Shown here: piece after piece, positions 26,698 to 36,755 of the stretch
How positions within the stretch are numbered: position 1 is the first letter of the stretch
Layout of the letters: each line of letters opens with the position of its first letter
NCBI GenBank assembly: GCA_023247725.1
Contig: JAHFFW010000012.1
Location: 1,833-65,832, forward strand
Reading direction: 5' to 3'
From: Candidatus Omnitrophota bacterium
GTDB taxonomy: Bacteria; Omnitrophota; Gorgyraeia; Zapsychrales; JAHFFX01
Length of the DNA stretch: 64,000 nt
Made by a program: the position numbers and the translations under genes
Notes under the pieces: model-generated
Databases searched by the model: none
What the model was told of the DNA's origin: nothing
Seen by the model: only the letters and a program-made list of their open reading frames with translations

Positions 26698-27977
26698 TCG
26701 ACGCCGATCGCCATCCGCTCATCCAAAAAGGCCTTATCCTTTTCGAGCAGGGCCGTTATCATGATGCCGCCCGAACCTTTAAGGATTTCCTTTCCGCCGA
26801 ACCGAATAATGCCTGGGCCCTGCATCTATTGGCCTCGTGTCAATATCATGATCCCAAGTCAAAAAAATTGGCTCTCTCCACCATTGATGCCGCCATCCGT
26901 CTGGAACCGCAGTCGGGCTGGCATTATGAGTTAAAGGCGCTCATTCTGTCAGGACTTGAACAGCATCGCGCCGCGCTCAAATTGATGAGCGCGGCCCTGC
27001 AATTGGAACCGGAGTCGGCGCACACCCATGCCACCCAGGCCTACATCTATATGAACATGAATCAATGGGCCAAGGCGGAAGCCTGCGCCCGTCGAGCCTT
27101 GTCGCTCGATGCCGATAATCTTTTTGCCGGGAACCTTTTGGCCACATCACTCCGTTTGCAGAACCGTCTGACCGAAAATGAACACCTCGTGGCCGATTTA
27201 TTGAGGCGCGATCCGCAAGATGCCGTTTCTCATTCCAATGCCGGTTGGGTGCACTTCCAAAAAGGCGATTACAAACAAGCGATGGTGCATTTTAAGGAGT
27301 CCCTTCGTCTTGATCCCATGTTCGAACCGGCCCGGATTGGGATGCTAGAAACGTTCAAGGCCAAGAGTTTCCTTTACCGAAGCCACATTCGTTATTCGTT
27401 GTTCATGTCGAGGCAATCTAAGCTGACCCAGTGGGTGATCATCATAGGAATCATTTTTGCCTTTCGTTTGATTCGCATCACCTTAAGCGCTTCCTTCGAA
27501 GGAAGATTCGCCTTTTTGGCCGTGTGGTTGATCGTTCCTTACTTTCTTTTTATTTTCTGGACGTGGCTTGCTCCTGGATTTGGAAATTGGATTGTCTGGT
27601 GCGATCCGGTGGCCCATTATGCCCTCAAAAAAAACGAGAAAGCCGATGCCATATTTGTGGGAGGATTTTTGATTGTGGGTTTGGCTGCGATTGTTTTGGG
27701 ACTTTTATCGTCGGTGAAGACCTTTTACCTTTTTGGTGCGGCTTTGCTTTTGACGACCATTCCTTTTAGTTGCACCTTTCTCAATGATCGTCGGGCAGGA
27801 AAAATTTTTTATGGTGCGATCGGAACTACCATCGGTGTACTGGGATTTTTTTCGCTGGGAGTTTATCTGGCCAGCGGTTCCCTGAATCAGCCTTTCATCC
27901 AAATGAGCTGGCTCGTGATGATGATTCTATTCGTGGCCTGCACCTGGCTGGGGGCCTTCAATTTTTTACGCAAATGA
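26694..27977 (+). CDS. TPR repeat protein with a C-terminal multi-pass membrane domain
   Basis: About 6 TPR units then about 6 TM helices; overlaps the AAA stop by 4 nt. Confidence 0.85.
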   Translation: MIDADRHPLIQKGLILFEQGRYHDAARTFKDFLSAEPNNAWALHLLASCQYHDPKSKKLALSTIDAAIRLEPQSGWHYELKALILSGLEQHRAALKLMSAALQLEPESAHTHATQAYIYMNMNQWAKAEACARRALSLDADNLFAGNLLATSLRLQNRLTENEHLVADLLRRDPQDAVSHSNAGWVHFQKGDYKQAMVHFKESLRLDPMFEPARIGMLETFKAKSFLYRSHIRYSLFMSRQSKLTQWVIIIGIIFAFRLIRITLSASFEGRFAFLAVWLIVPYFLFIFWTWLAPGFGNWIVWCDPVAHYALKKNEKADAIFVGGFLIVGLAAIVLGLLSSVKTFYLFGAALLLTTIPFSCTFLNDRRAGKIFYGAIGTTIGVLGFFSLGVYLASGSLNQPFIQMSWLVMMILFVACTWLGAFNFLRK

Positions 27978-27994
27978 TCGAACCCGACCCCGCA

Positions 27995-28029
27995 GCCCAC
28001 TTACGAGGTGCCCACTTACGAGGTGGGGG
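27995..28029 (+). repeat. Tandem duplicated 15-bp palindromic unit gcccacttacgaggt
   Basis: Direct repeat at 27995 and 28010; matches the reverse complement of 12290-12308. Confidence 0.7.
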
Positions 28030-28070
28030 AAGGCTGGGGATATGAGTCGAGGGATCGAAAGGACGGCTTC

Positions 28071-28664
28071 ATGAATCGAGGCCAGCGGTTTGTTCTCATG
28101 GTGATGGCGCTGATGATAGGAGTTACCTTCAATCCATGGGTTTATGGCCAAATGCAAGCTCAAGAAAAACCGGCCTTCTCACCAGATGCATTTGGAGATT
28201 TGGAAGAACGGGTGCATTCCTTGGAAGAATACGCGCAAAGGCTTTCCGACGGGCTTGAGTATCAAATCCGATTCATGGGGAACAAGACCATCCGTCTTAG
28301 CATCATCAGTAAAAATTACCAAGCGATCGCGACCAACTCCGGAACATTTTTGGTAGCGGTGGATGATCTGCAGCATACCGTCAATGGCTATACCATGCAG
28401 GTGCGGATTGGCAATATTTCCGCGGCAGACTTTGGCGGATTTAAAATTGTGCTGCGAATGGGAAATCTCTGGGATCCCAAATCCTCGCTCACCTATGAGG
28501 ATTGGCGCAATTCGCTCAAAGAATTCGAATTCAATTTCCAGGGCAAACTCTCGGCCAGTACCTGGACCCCCGTTGAAATTATTCTCGGATCGATCCCGAA
28601 AGAACTATTAGCTTATATCGAGATGGAAATGACGGTCAACTCGGTGGAGTTGCGGGGACCCTGA
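28071..28664 (+). CDS. Exported hypothetical protein (DUF3251-like)
   Basis: Signal peptide, coiled coil, GYTMQVRIGNIS...LSASTWTPVEIIL. Confidence 0.6.
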   Translation: MNRGQRFVLMVMALMIGVTFNPWVYGQMQAQEKPAFSPDAFGDLEERVHSLEEYAQRLSDGLEYQIRFMGNKTIRLSIISKNYQAIATNSGTFLVAVDDLQHTVNGYTMQVRIGNISAADFGGFKIVLRMGNLWDPKSSLTYEDWRNSLKEFEFNFQGKLSASTWTPVEIILGSIPKELLAYIEMEMTVNSVELRGP

Positions 28665-28702
28665 GGGCAGGTTTGCAGCCCGGCAGTTGCAAAGGAACGT
28701 CG

Positions 28703-29347
28703 ATGGAAAAATTCCTATTGGTTATCGGTAACAAAAATTATTCCTCTTGGTCTTTGCGGCCATGGCTGGTCTTAAAGTTTTTCAAAATTCCTTTTAAGGA
28801 AATGGTGATTCCTTTGTACCAGGCGCAATCAAAGGCCCACATCCTTCGCTATTCGCCGTCGGGGAAGGTGCCGTTATTGATCCACGGCAAAAACCGCGTC
28901 TGGGATTCCATGGCCATTGGCGAATATCTGGCGGAGATTTTTCCCCGCAAAGGTCTCTGGCCCAAGGACCGCGCGGCGAGAGCGCTGGCGCGCTCCATCA
29001 GCGCGGAAATGCATTCTGGATTTATCGCCCTGCGCAAAAACTGTCCCATGGATGTGCGTTCCTTTAAACCATTAGACAAAATTCCGTTGGAGGTGGAGGG
29101 GGATGTTCGCCGGATCAGGAAAATCTGGGATTCTTGCCGGTCCCGGTTTGGGGCGAAGGGAGCATTTTTGTTTGGTGCATTTTCGCTTGCGGATGCCATG
29201 TATGCGCCCATTGTCTGGCGTTTTCAAACCTATGGAATCAAGCTGTCGGGTTTGAGCGATGAATATGGGAAGATGATGCGGGCCTTGCCCGCCATGCGCG
29301 AATGGCAGAAGGCCGGCGAGAAGGAATCGTGGAGGATTGGGCATTAG
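28703..29347 (+). CDS. Glutathione S-transferase family protein
   Basis: GNKNYSSWSLRPW, SPSGKVP, WDSMAI, EMHSGF, ADAMYAP. Confidence 0.93.
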   Translation: MEKFLLVIGNKNYSSWSLRPWLVLKFFKIPFKEMVIPLYQAQSKAHILRYSPSGKVPLLIHGKNRVWDSMAIGEYLAEIFPRKGLWPKDRAARALARSISAEMHSGFIALRKNCPMDVRSFKPLDKIPLEVEGDVRRIRKIWDSCRSRFGAKGAFLFGAFSLADAMYAPIVWRFQTYGIKLSGLSDEYGKMMRALPAMREWQKAGEKESWRIGH

Positions 29348-29373
29348 TCAATAGTTTCTCAAGGTTTACCCCT

Positions 29374-30447
29374 ATGGAAATCGGCATCGTCGGATTACCC
29401 AACGTCGGGAAATCCACTTTATTTAATGCCTTGACCGGGGCGGCAGCCGCGGCCTCGAACTTTCCTTTCACCACGATTGAACCGAACATCGGCGTTGTTC
29501 CTTTGCCCGACGAACGATTAATCCGATTGGCCGAAGAATTCCACAGCGCCAAGACCACCCCGGCAGGCATCCGGTTTGTCGACATTGCAGGTTTAGTCAA
29601 AGGCGCCTCCCAGGGTGAAGGCCTGGGCAACAAATTTCTTTCTCACATCCGGTCGGTCGATGCGATCGCGCATGTGGTGCGCTGTTTCAAGGATGAAAAT
29701 GTCGTCAGCGTCATGGACAATCTCGATCCCGGCAATGCGGTTGACACGATCACGACCGAATTATTGCTGGCCGATCTGCAGCAATGCCAGAAGGCGCTCG
29801 AACGTTTGAGCGGACCGTCCAAATCCGGGGATCAGAAGGCCAAAGAAAAAAGCGCCATTCTGGAAAATGCCAGCAAGTCCTTCAATGCGGGCCAATCGGC
29901 CCGGCAACAGCGATTGCCGGCGGAGATCATCGGGGAATATCAATTTCTGACCGCTAAACCCTTATTGTACGTGGCCAACACCGATGAAGGACCTGTGAAT
30001 GAAGACCTCATCCGGCCTTTGCGCGAACGCGCTCAAAAAGAAGGAGCCTCGCTCATCAGCCTGTGCACAAAACTGGAGGCCGAAATCGTGCAGCTGCCTG
30101 CAGCCGAACGCTCTCTTTATTATGAATCGGCCGGTATCACCACCCCGGGTCTGGGTTTGCTGGCAACCGCCGGTCAGAAGCTTTTGAATCTGATTTGTTT
30201 TTTTACCGCCGGTCCCCAGGAAACCCGCGCCTGGCTTGTCTCCGCCGGAACCAAAGCGGTCAAGGCCGCCGGAAAAATCCATTCGGATATCGAACGTGGA
30301 TTTATCCGGGCGGAGATTTACAAATTTGCCGATCTCAAGAGGCTGGGCAATTATAAGGCCGTTCAGCAAAATAATCTGGTTTCATTGGAAGGCAAGGATT
30401 ACTTGATACAAGACGGCGATGTGGCGTATTTCCGTTTCAGTGTTTGA
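29374..30447 (+). CDS. ychF: Ribosome-binding ATPase YchF
   Basis: GIVGLPNVGKSTLFNA, FTTIEPN, DIAGLVKGASQGEGLGNKFL, TGS domain. Confidence 0.97.
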   Translation: MEIGIVGLPNVGKSTLFNALTGAAAAASNFPFTTIEPNIGVVPLPDERLIRLAEEFHSAKTTPAGIRFVDIAGLVKGASQGEGLGNKFLSHIRSVDAIAHVVRCFKDENVVSVMDNLDPGNAVDTITTELLLADLQQCQKALERLSGPSKSGDQKAKEKSAILENASKSFNAGQSARQQRLPAEIIGEYQFLTAKPLLYVANTDEGPVNEDLIRPLRERAQKEGASLISLCTKLEAEIVQLPAAERSLYYESAGITTPGLGLLATAGQKLLNLICFFTAGPQETRAWLVSAGTKAVKAAGKIHSDIERGFIRAEIYKFADLKRLGNYKAVQQNNLVSLEGKDYLIQDGDVAYFRFSV

Positions 30448-30464
30448 GGGTCAAGGACAATGAA

Positions 30465-31652
30465 ATGAACATTCGTTCAAAATGGTTGGCCGGGAGCCTC
30501 AGCGTCCTTTTTATTTTTTTCTGGACGCACCCGGTGCGGGCTCAAAACGATCACGCCTTGCGTTCTTTGGTTAAATTGGAGCCGGCTTTTCCAAATCTCA
30601 AATTTGATCAACCCGTGGATTTCCAATATGCCCCGGATGGGAGCGGGCGATTGTTTGTCGTCGAACAAAGGGGCGTTATCCGCGTGTTCACGAATTCTCC
30701 CGACGTCAAAACCACCGGGATTTTTTTGGATTTGCGCCAGGAGGTCCGGATCGGCCATTCCGAGGAAGGGCTCTTGGGGCTTGCGTTTCATCCGGCCTTT
30801 AAAGACAACGGCTATTTTTTCGTTGACTATATCGCGGACAAATCTCGTCGAACCGTCGTGGCAAGGTTCCGGATCGATCAGAACAATCCTGACCAGGCCG
30901 ATCCTTTCAGTAAAACAGTCATCCTGGAGGCTGGTCAGCCTTACGGCAACCACAACGGTGGTCAGCTTGCCTTTGGTCCCGATGGGTTTTTGTATATCGC
31001 GTTGGGTGATGGCGGGGCAGCGGGTGACCCCCATGGGAACGGTCAGAATCGTCAAACGCTGCTGGGCTCGATCTTGCGGATTGACGTTGACCACGAGGAT
31101 CAAAACAAACGCTATGCGATTCCGGCGGACAATCCTTTTGCGAACAATGACAAAGGTTACCAGCCCGAGATTTTTGCCTACGGCCTGCGCAATCCCTGGC
31201 GTTTTAGTTTTGATCCGGCCACGGGGTTGCTATGGGCCGGCGATGTGGGCCAAGACAAGCCTTATGAGGAAATTGATATTATCAAAAAAGGAAAAAATTA
31301 CGGCTGGAACATCATGGAAGGCACCCATTGTTTTCAGCCACCCGTCGGATGTCACCAAGGCGGTTTAGAATTGCCGGTCTGGGAATATTCCGTCGATCAA
31401 GGCCGTTGCATCATTGGCGGCCGCATGTATCGAGGTCAAAACATTCCAGAACTCGTTGGTCATTATGTTTATGGTGATTATGTCTCCGGCCGAATATGGG
31501 CTTTAAAATTGACGGAAACCGGCCAGGTGATGGATGAGGAGATTGATCATAATTCCAATCTTTATCCAACTTCTTTCGGCGTCGATGAAAAAGGCGAAAT
31601 GGTTGTCTGTTCCTTTGATGGGAATATTTATGGTTTTAAACGGATTCCTTAA
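30465..31652 (+). CDS. PQQ-dependent glucose/sorbosone dehydrogenase family protein
   Basis: GLLGLAFHP, HNGGQLAFGPDG, GLRNPWRFSFD, NYGW. Confidence 0.92.
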   Translation: MNIRSKWLAGSLSVLFIFFWTHPVRAQNDHALRSLVKLEPAFPNLKFDQPVDFQYAPDGSGRLFVVEQRGVIRVFTNSPDVKTTGIFLDLRQEVRIGHSEEGLLGLAFHPAFKDNGYFFVDYIADKSRRTVVARFRIDQNNPDQADPFSKTVILEAGQPYGNHNGGQLAFGPDGFLYIALGDGGAAGDPHGNGQNRQTLLGSILRIDVDHEDQNKRYAIPADNPFANNDKGYQPEIFAYGLRNPWRFSFDPATGLLWAGDVGQDKPYEEIDIIKKGKNYGWNIMEGTHCFQPPVGCHQGGLELPVWEYSVDQGRCIIGGRMYRGQNIPELVGHYVYGDYVSGRIWALKLTETGQVMDEEIDHNSNLYPTSFGVDEKGEMVVCSFDGNIYGFKRIP

Positions 31653-32274
31653 TTGTTCAAAAGATTTCCGATCACGTCGAATTATTCTGGCTAGCATATG
31701 TGTAGGACTCGGGACCTTGATCGCGACTTCCGGCGTTTGGGCCAAGACTTCTTTTACGATTGATCCCCAAGCGTCATCGATTCGTGGGTCCATCCGTTAT
31801 ACGCTCATTGGTCTTTATCAGGCCCGCTTCACGGAATTTAGCGGCACTATTGATTATGACGAAAAAAATATTGAACAGAGTCAAGTTCAATTGACGATTG
31901 AAACGGCGAGCCTTAAGTCCGAGTTTTCTCGCCTCGATCGAATTGTGGTTTCTCCGCGATTGCTGGATGCCCGACGCTATCCGGTCATCACCTTCAAAAG
32001 TCATTCGATTTCCCGGCAGGGCGATCACCTCTGGGCCGAGGGCAACGTCGTTTTGCACGGGGTCAAACGCGAATTCGGTTTCCCTTTTTTTCTGCAGGGG
32101 CCGTTTAAAGACACGAAAGGAAATTCCTATCTTCTGGCCAAAGGCAGGATGATGATTCGCCGCAAGGATTTCGCGGTCATCTGGAATAAAATTTTGGATC
32201 AAGGAGGTCTCATTGTGGGAGACCATGTGAATGTGGATTGGAAAGTGACTGCCCGGGAGAAAAATTTGCGATGA
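31630..32274 (+). CDS. YceI family lipid/polyisoprenoid-binding protein
   Basis: IDPQASSI...FTEFSGTI...YPVITFKS...LHGVKR...RKDF; start codon uncertain. Confidence 0.85.
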   Translation: MVLNGFLNCSKDFRSRRIILASICVGLGTLIATSGVWAKTSFTIDPQASSIRGSIRYTLIGLYQARFTEFSGTIDYDEKNIEQSQVQLTIETASLKSEFSRLDRIVVSPRLLDARRYPVITFKSHSISRQGDHLWAEGNVVLHGVKREFGFPFFLQGPFKDTKGNSYLLAKGRMMIRRKDFAVIWNKILDQGGLIVGDHVNVDWKVTAREKNLR

Positions 32275-33236
32275 AAAAAATGGCCTATATCAAAATCATT
32301 CTCATGGTTTGGCTTCTTTTGTTTTCTAGAGAGCTCTGTATTCAGGCCGAAGAAAACAATCCCGATGAGAAGGCCGACATGTATTTAAGAAAGGCCTTCG
32401 AGGGCAAAGAGGCCGGGGATGACCGCAAACGCGAATTTTGGCTGGGCCGATTCATTGGGGAGGTGACCGTCAATCCCAAGACAACCCGAACCTGGGCCGA
32501 TATGCAAGCCTTGGTCGATTCGCTCCCTCTGAAGTTGCCACAGGGCAGTCTTTCTGCAAACTACCATGAGAGTTTCCGGCAATGGTTTTCCGAACGCTCA
32601 CGGGGACAGTGGGCCGTTTCCAATGACCGCGCCAATGAAACCGACCATACGATCGAGATGGGCAATGGTTCGGGATTAATTGATCGCGGGTTTAAAGCGA
32701 CCTATTTTGCTGCAGTCTTTGCTTCTCCCCGGGTCTTGGGCTGGAGCGTTGGCCATCAAGACCAAATCTTGGTTTTTGCCAGCGAAGAGCAAAAACCCCT
32801 CATCCTTTCGGGTGAACTGATTCCCGGTGATTATTGCCTTTATTACAATATGGTGGAGCTTGATACCGGCGGCAAAAAAGTGCAGACCTTTTGGGCGCCG
32901 AAATTTGAGGATCTGGATGGTGATAAAATTCCAGAGGTGTTTTTCCGCTACAATGTGGTTGACGGCGATCACTTTGATCAGGAATTGGCCATCTATAAGT
33001 TCGTCGGCAGCTCGCCGGTTTTTTACAAAAAATTTGTTGGCAGAAACGGCGGCCTGGCGCATAAGCTGGAAGGAAAAAGGATTCAGGTCGCTAACGGCGA
33101 CTCCGATCCCATTGAACTGGAAACTTGGGAATTTACCGGCAATGACTTTGTGATTCAAGAGAGAACGAGGGTTCCCAACATTTATATGAGTGAGGAATGG
33201 AAAAATTATTATTTTCCAGATGAACGGTTGTTTTAG
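32271..33236 (+). CDS. Exported hypothetical protein (DLDGDxxPE Ca-binding-like loop)
   Basis: Signal peptide; overlaps the yceI stop. Confidence 0.65.
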   Translation: MKKMAYIKIILMVWLLLFSRELCIQAEENNPDEKADMYLRKAFEGKEAGDDRKREFWLGRFIGEVTVNPKTTRTWADMQALVDSLPLKLPQGSLSANYHESFRQWFSERSRGQWAVSNDRANETDHTIEMGNGSGLIDRGFKATYFAAVFASPRVLGWSVGHQDQILVFASEEQKPLILSGELIPGDYCLYYNMVELDTGGKKVQTFWAPKFEDLDGDKIPEVFFRYNVVDGDHFDQELAIYKFVGSSPVFYKKFVGRNGGLAHKLEGKRIQVANGDSDPIELETWEFTGNDFVIQERTRVPNIYMSEEWKNYYFPDERLF

Positions 33237-33246
33237 AAACTAAAAC

Positions 33247-33296
33247 TTGAAATCGTGGGGGCCAGGGCCGGGATTAATCGAAGGCCCTGGCCCCTT
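33247..33296 (+). repeat. GC-rich hairpin element, copy 2
   Basis: ttgaaatcgtgggggccagggccggga...aggccctggcccctt matches 2486-2538. Confidence 0.7.
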
Positions 33297-33312
33297 CGGG
33301 TATTGAGCCTAT

Positions 33313-33419
33313 TACTGACCAACGCATAAATAATAGCACTCGTCTTATTGCTATACGTTGTTGCTTGCGTTGGCAGTACTGCTTCCGTAAATGTTTTATT
33401 GTTCATACACAAGTCAGTA
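33313..33419 (-). mobile_element. 107-bp MITE-like double-hairpin element, copy B
   Basis: Inverted copy of 14271-14377; same length and terminal repeats. Confidence 0.8.
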
Positions 33420-33490
33420 ATCGAACAGGGGCGGAAAGCTCTCTAACCTTCCTGTTTCCATGATCTTGGAACTCTGCAAAGTGAAAATTC

Positions 33491-33519
33491 TTGCCATGCC
33501 TAGCGTGTCCATATATAAT
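33491..33519 (+). promoter_or_regulatory. Sigma70-type promoter for the trxA operon
   Basis: ttgcca-17 bp-tataat. Confidence 0.6.
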
Positions 33520-33595
33520 AACTTCCTTATTGCGAAATAATAATTTTAAAGTTAGTTGATATCAAAAAGTTTTTGGCCAACGAAAGGGGAGAATC

Positions 33596-33919
33596 ATGGT
33601 CTTAGCGCATTTGACCCAGAATAATTTTGATGATGAAGTGATCAATTCACCCTTGCCGGTTCTGGTGGATTTTTGGGCAGAATGGTGCGGTCCCTGCAAA
33701 ATGATCAGCCCGGTCATTGATGAAATCGCCAATGAGCTGTCGGGAAAGCTGAAAGTGGCGAAGGTCAATGTTGATGATGCCCAAGATCTGGCCGTTCGGT
33801 ATGGAATCATGTCCATCCCCGCCTTGCTGATCTTTAAGAAGGGAAAGGTTGTCCAACAGTTGGTGGGCGTCATGCCTAAGGAACAATTGTTATCAAAGAT
33901 TAGTCCCCTTTTGTCCTAA
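33596..33919 (+). CDS. trxA: Thioredoxin
   Basis: [19 protein letters not shown]. Confidence 0.97.
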   Translation: MVLAHLTQNNFDDEVINSPLPVLVDFWAEWCGPCKMISPVIDEIANELSGKLKVAKVNVDDAQDLAVRYGIMSIPALLIFKKGKVVQQLVGVMPKEQLLSKISPLLS

Positions 33920-33938
33920 AGAAAGGAAAGACGAAAGA

Positions 33939-34295
33939 ATGCTTTTGCATTTTTGTAAATCAAAAATCGCCCGTGGCCGCATCACGGAGGCCCAATTGTA
34001 TTACGAGGGGAGCATCACGATCGATGAGACTGTGTTAAAGGCAGCCGAAATCTTTCCCGGAGAAAAGGTGGAAGTCTTAAATGTGAATAACGGCGCTCGC
34101 CTGGAGACCTATGCCATTGCCGGCAAGGCCGGTTCCGGTCAAATCTGTCTCAATGGCCCCGCGGCCCGTCTAGGATTTCCGGGTGATCAGATCATCATTT
34201 TATGCTATGCCTTGCTTGCGCCCGAGGAAATTAAAAAATATAAAACCAAGGTTGTGTTTTTAGACGAAAAAAATCGAATGCAAAAGGCTCCATGA
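33939..34295 (+). CDS. panD: Aspartate 1-decarboxylase
   Basis: YEG-SITID cleavage site, NNGARLETY, NGPAAR. Confidence 0.95.
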   Translation: MLLHFCKSKIARGRITEAQLYYEGSITIDETVLKAAEIFPGEKVEVLNVNNGARLETYAIAGKAGSGQICLNGPAARLGFPGDQIIILCYALLAPEEIKKYKTKVVFLDEKNRMQKAP

Positions 34296-34837
34296 TTGCC
34301 ACTCATCTTAAAATCCGGATTTATGGCGATCCTTGTCTGAGGAAAAAATCTCAGCCCGTGAAGGATGTCGGTATGTCCGAGCGAATGCTCATCCTTTCCA
34401 TGATTGAAACCATGCATCAGCAAAAAGGCATTGGCCTGGCGGCTCCTCAAGTGGGGATCAATCAACAGATCGTCGTCGTGGATATTGGAGAGGGCCTGCT
34501 CACTCTCATTAATCCGAAGGTCATTCACAGAAAAGGCAGATCGGTCATGGAAGAGGGGTGCTTGAGCCTTCCCGGAGTTGTTGTCCATGTCCGGCGGCCA
34601 CAAGAGATTTGGGTGGAATATTGGGACGAGCACAAGCGCCCGCACAAACAGCACTGCTCGGAGCTTCTGGCTCGAGTCATTCAACATGAAACCGACCATG
34701 TGCACGGAAAACTAATTGTCGATTACACGCCCTGGGGTGAAAAATTGCGCGTCCGTCGGCAATTGAAAGAGCTTCTGACCTATGGGAAAGTTTTGGAACC
34801 GGCCACCGCACACCGACTGGTGAAAAAAAATCCATGA
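34292..34837 (+). CDS. def: Peptide deformylase
   Basis: GIGLAAPQVG, EGCLS, QHETDH. Confidence 0.97.
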   Translation: MIATHLKIRIYGDPCLRKKSQPVKDVGMSERMLILSMIETMHQQKGIGLAAPQVGINQQIVVVDIGEGLLTLINPKVIHRKGRSVMEEGCLSLPGVVVHVRRPQEIWVEYWDEHKRPHKQHCSELLARVIQHETDHVHGKLIVDYTPWGEKLRVRRQLKELLTYGKVLEPATAHRLVKKNP

Positions 34838-35757
34838 TTCAAATCGACGAATTAACGAAGAATCCTTTGGTATTGCCTTCCTGGTTTCGGCAGGAATTGC
34901 CCGATATGGCCAAAGTCCACCGCATGCAGGCCATGTTTCGCCAAGTCAATTTGCATACTGTCTGCGAAAGCGCCCACTGCCCCAACATGGGGCAATGCTG
35001 GGGACGGGGGGTTGCGACCTTCATGATTTTGGGAGATATCTGCACCCGCGCCTGTCGTTTCTGCGCTGTGCCGGCGGGTCAAGCGATGGCGGTTGACTCA
35101 CAAGAGCCCACCAAAATAGCCCAAGCCGTGGCGCAGTTGCAATTGCGCTATGTGGTTGTGACCTCCGTTGCACGGGATGATTTAAACGATGAAGGCGCCG
35201 GGCATTTTGTTCAAACGATCCGGGAAATCCGACGAATCAACCCCTATACCAAGATTGAGATCCTCATCCCCGATTTTTCTGGCAAAAAGGAATTGCTGGA
35301 AACAGTGGCACAGGAAAAACCCGAAGTCATCAGTCACAACATTGAAACGGTTCGTCGGCTTTCAGCAAAGATTCGGCCCCAGGCCGATTACGGTCGTTCG
35401 TTACAGACACTCGCCATCCTGAAAAATTGTTGTTCGTCCACCCTGACCAAATCCAGCCTCATGGTGGGTTTGGGTGAAACCCTGGACGAATTGAAAACGA
35501 CCATGCAGGAGCTTATTTGTGTCGGCTGCGACATGTTGACGATCGGTCAGTATCTGTCTCCATCCTTGGCGAAGCGTCATGTCCGGGTCGAACGGTTTGT
35601 TTCTCCGGAAGAATTCCAGTCACTGAAAGAAGTGGGATTGCAATTAGGATTCCGGCACGTTATGTCCGGGCCCCTCGTGCGAAGTTCCTATATTGCGGAG
35701 GAAGGCTATCGGCAATGTTTGGAAAATTTCATCGGCACCGATGAAAGAGGACCATGA
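34834..35757 (+). CDS. lipA: Lipoyl synthase
   Basis: CESAHCPNMGQC, CTRACRFC, RSSY. Confidence 0.97.
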   Translation: MIQIDELTKNPLVLPSWFRQELPDMAKVHRMQAMFRQVNLHTVCESAHCPNMGQCWGRGVATFMILGDICTRACRFCAVPAGQAMAVDSQEPTKIAQAVAQLQLRYVVVTSVARDDLNDEGAGHFVQTIREIRRINPYTKIEILIPDFSGKKELLETVAQEKPEVISHNIETVRRLSAKIRPQADYGRSLQTLAILKNCCSSTLTKSSLMVGLGETLDELKTTMQELICVGCDMLTIGQYLSPSLAKRHVRVERFVSPEEFQSLKEVGLQLGFRHVMSGPLVRSSYIAEEGYRQCLENFIGTDERGP

Positions 35758-36755
35758 GCAAACAGAGAGAACCCCTTAAGCATATTCTTTCGCTTTTAGC
35801 GCGGTTGGGTTTTAGCGCCGCGCTTTTGACTTATCTTTTTAAAAAGATCGATATCCATCATATCGTGGCGGCCCTGCGTCAGGCGGATTTGAGTGTTCTG
35901 GGTTCGGCCGCCGCTGTTTTCTTTATCATCCACATGATCATCCTCATTCGCTGGATGATTTTTATGAAGGCCCTGGACTTGCAATTGCCACTCAAAGAAA
36001 TCATCAGTTATTTTTTCATCGGCCTTTTTTTTAACCTCTTTTTACCCAGCTCGACGGGCGGCGACCTGATGAAAGGGATCGGTTTGTGTCAATACACCCC
36101 GGCGAAGGCCAAGGTGGTGGCCTCGATTGTCCTGGACCGTCTGAGCGGCTTTGCGGGAATTGTCCTCGTGGCCCTGGCCGCTTATCTTTGTGGATTCCAA
36201 TTGATCCGGGACTGGCCGCTGTTATGGGCGATCCTTTTTTTGGGAGGAGTGGTTCTGGGAATCCTTTTTGTGCTTTTGAATGAAAAAGTTTATTCGTTTG
36301 GATGCCGGGCCTTTTCGCGCCTGCCCAAAGTCCAGCAAGCATTGATGAGTTTGCATTACGACCTTGCCCTTTTAAAAAATAAACGCAGTGCCTTTTATCA
36401 AGGCGTGGCCGTCTCCTGTTTGTCCCAAACCCTTTTGGCTCTGACCTTTTATCTCGTCGCCAGGGCCCTGCACCAGAATATTGCTTTTGTGCATTTCCTC
36501 ATCTTTGTTCCGATCATTTGCGTCGTGGCGAGCCTTCCTTCCATCGGCGGGCTGGGAGTTCGCGATGCCGGCGCGGTCTATCTTTTAGGGAAAGTGGGGG
36601 TCGCGGCCGCAACGGCAGTGAGTATTTCCTTGATCAATTTCTTTTTTATGGTTGCCATGGGTCTTTTGGGAGGACTTGTGTGTGTCACTCATGTATCTCC
36701 TGGACGGGTACAATATCATCGGCCGCATTCCTCGGTTGGCGCAAAGGTCACTTGA
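35754..36755 (+). CDS. Flippase-like membrane protein (UPF0104 / LPG synthase TM region)
   Basis: FFNLFLPSSTGGD, DRLSG, PSIGGLGVRD. Confidence 0.9.
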   Translation: MSKQREPLKHILSLLARLGFSAALLTYLFKKIDIHHIVAALRQADLSVLGSAAAVFFIIHMIILIRWMIFMKALDLQLPLKEIISYFFIGLFFNLFLPSSTGGDLMKGIGLCQYTPAKAKVVASIVLDRLSGFAGIVLVALAAYLCGFQLIRDWPLLWAILFLGGVVLGILFVLLNEKVYSFGCRAFSRLPKVQQALMSLHYDLALLKNKRSAFYQGVAVSCLSQTLLALTFYLVARALHQNIAFVHFLIFVPIICVVASLPSIGGLGVRDAGAVYLLGKVGVAAATAVSISLINFFFMVAMGLLGGLVCVTHVSPGRVQYHRPHSSVGAKVT

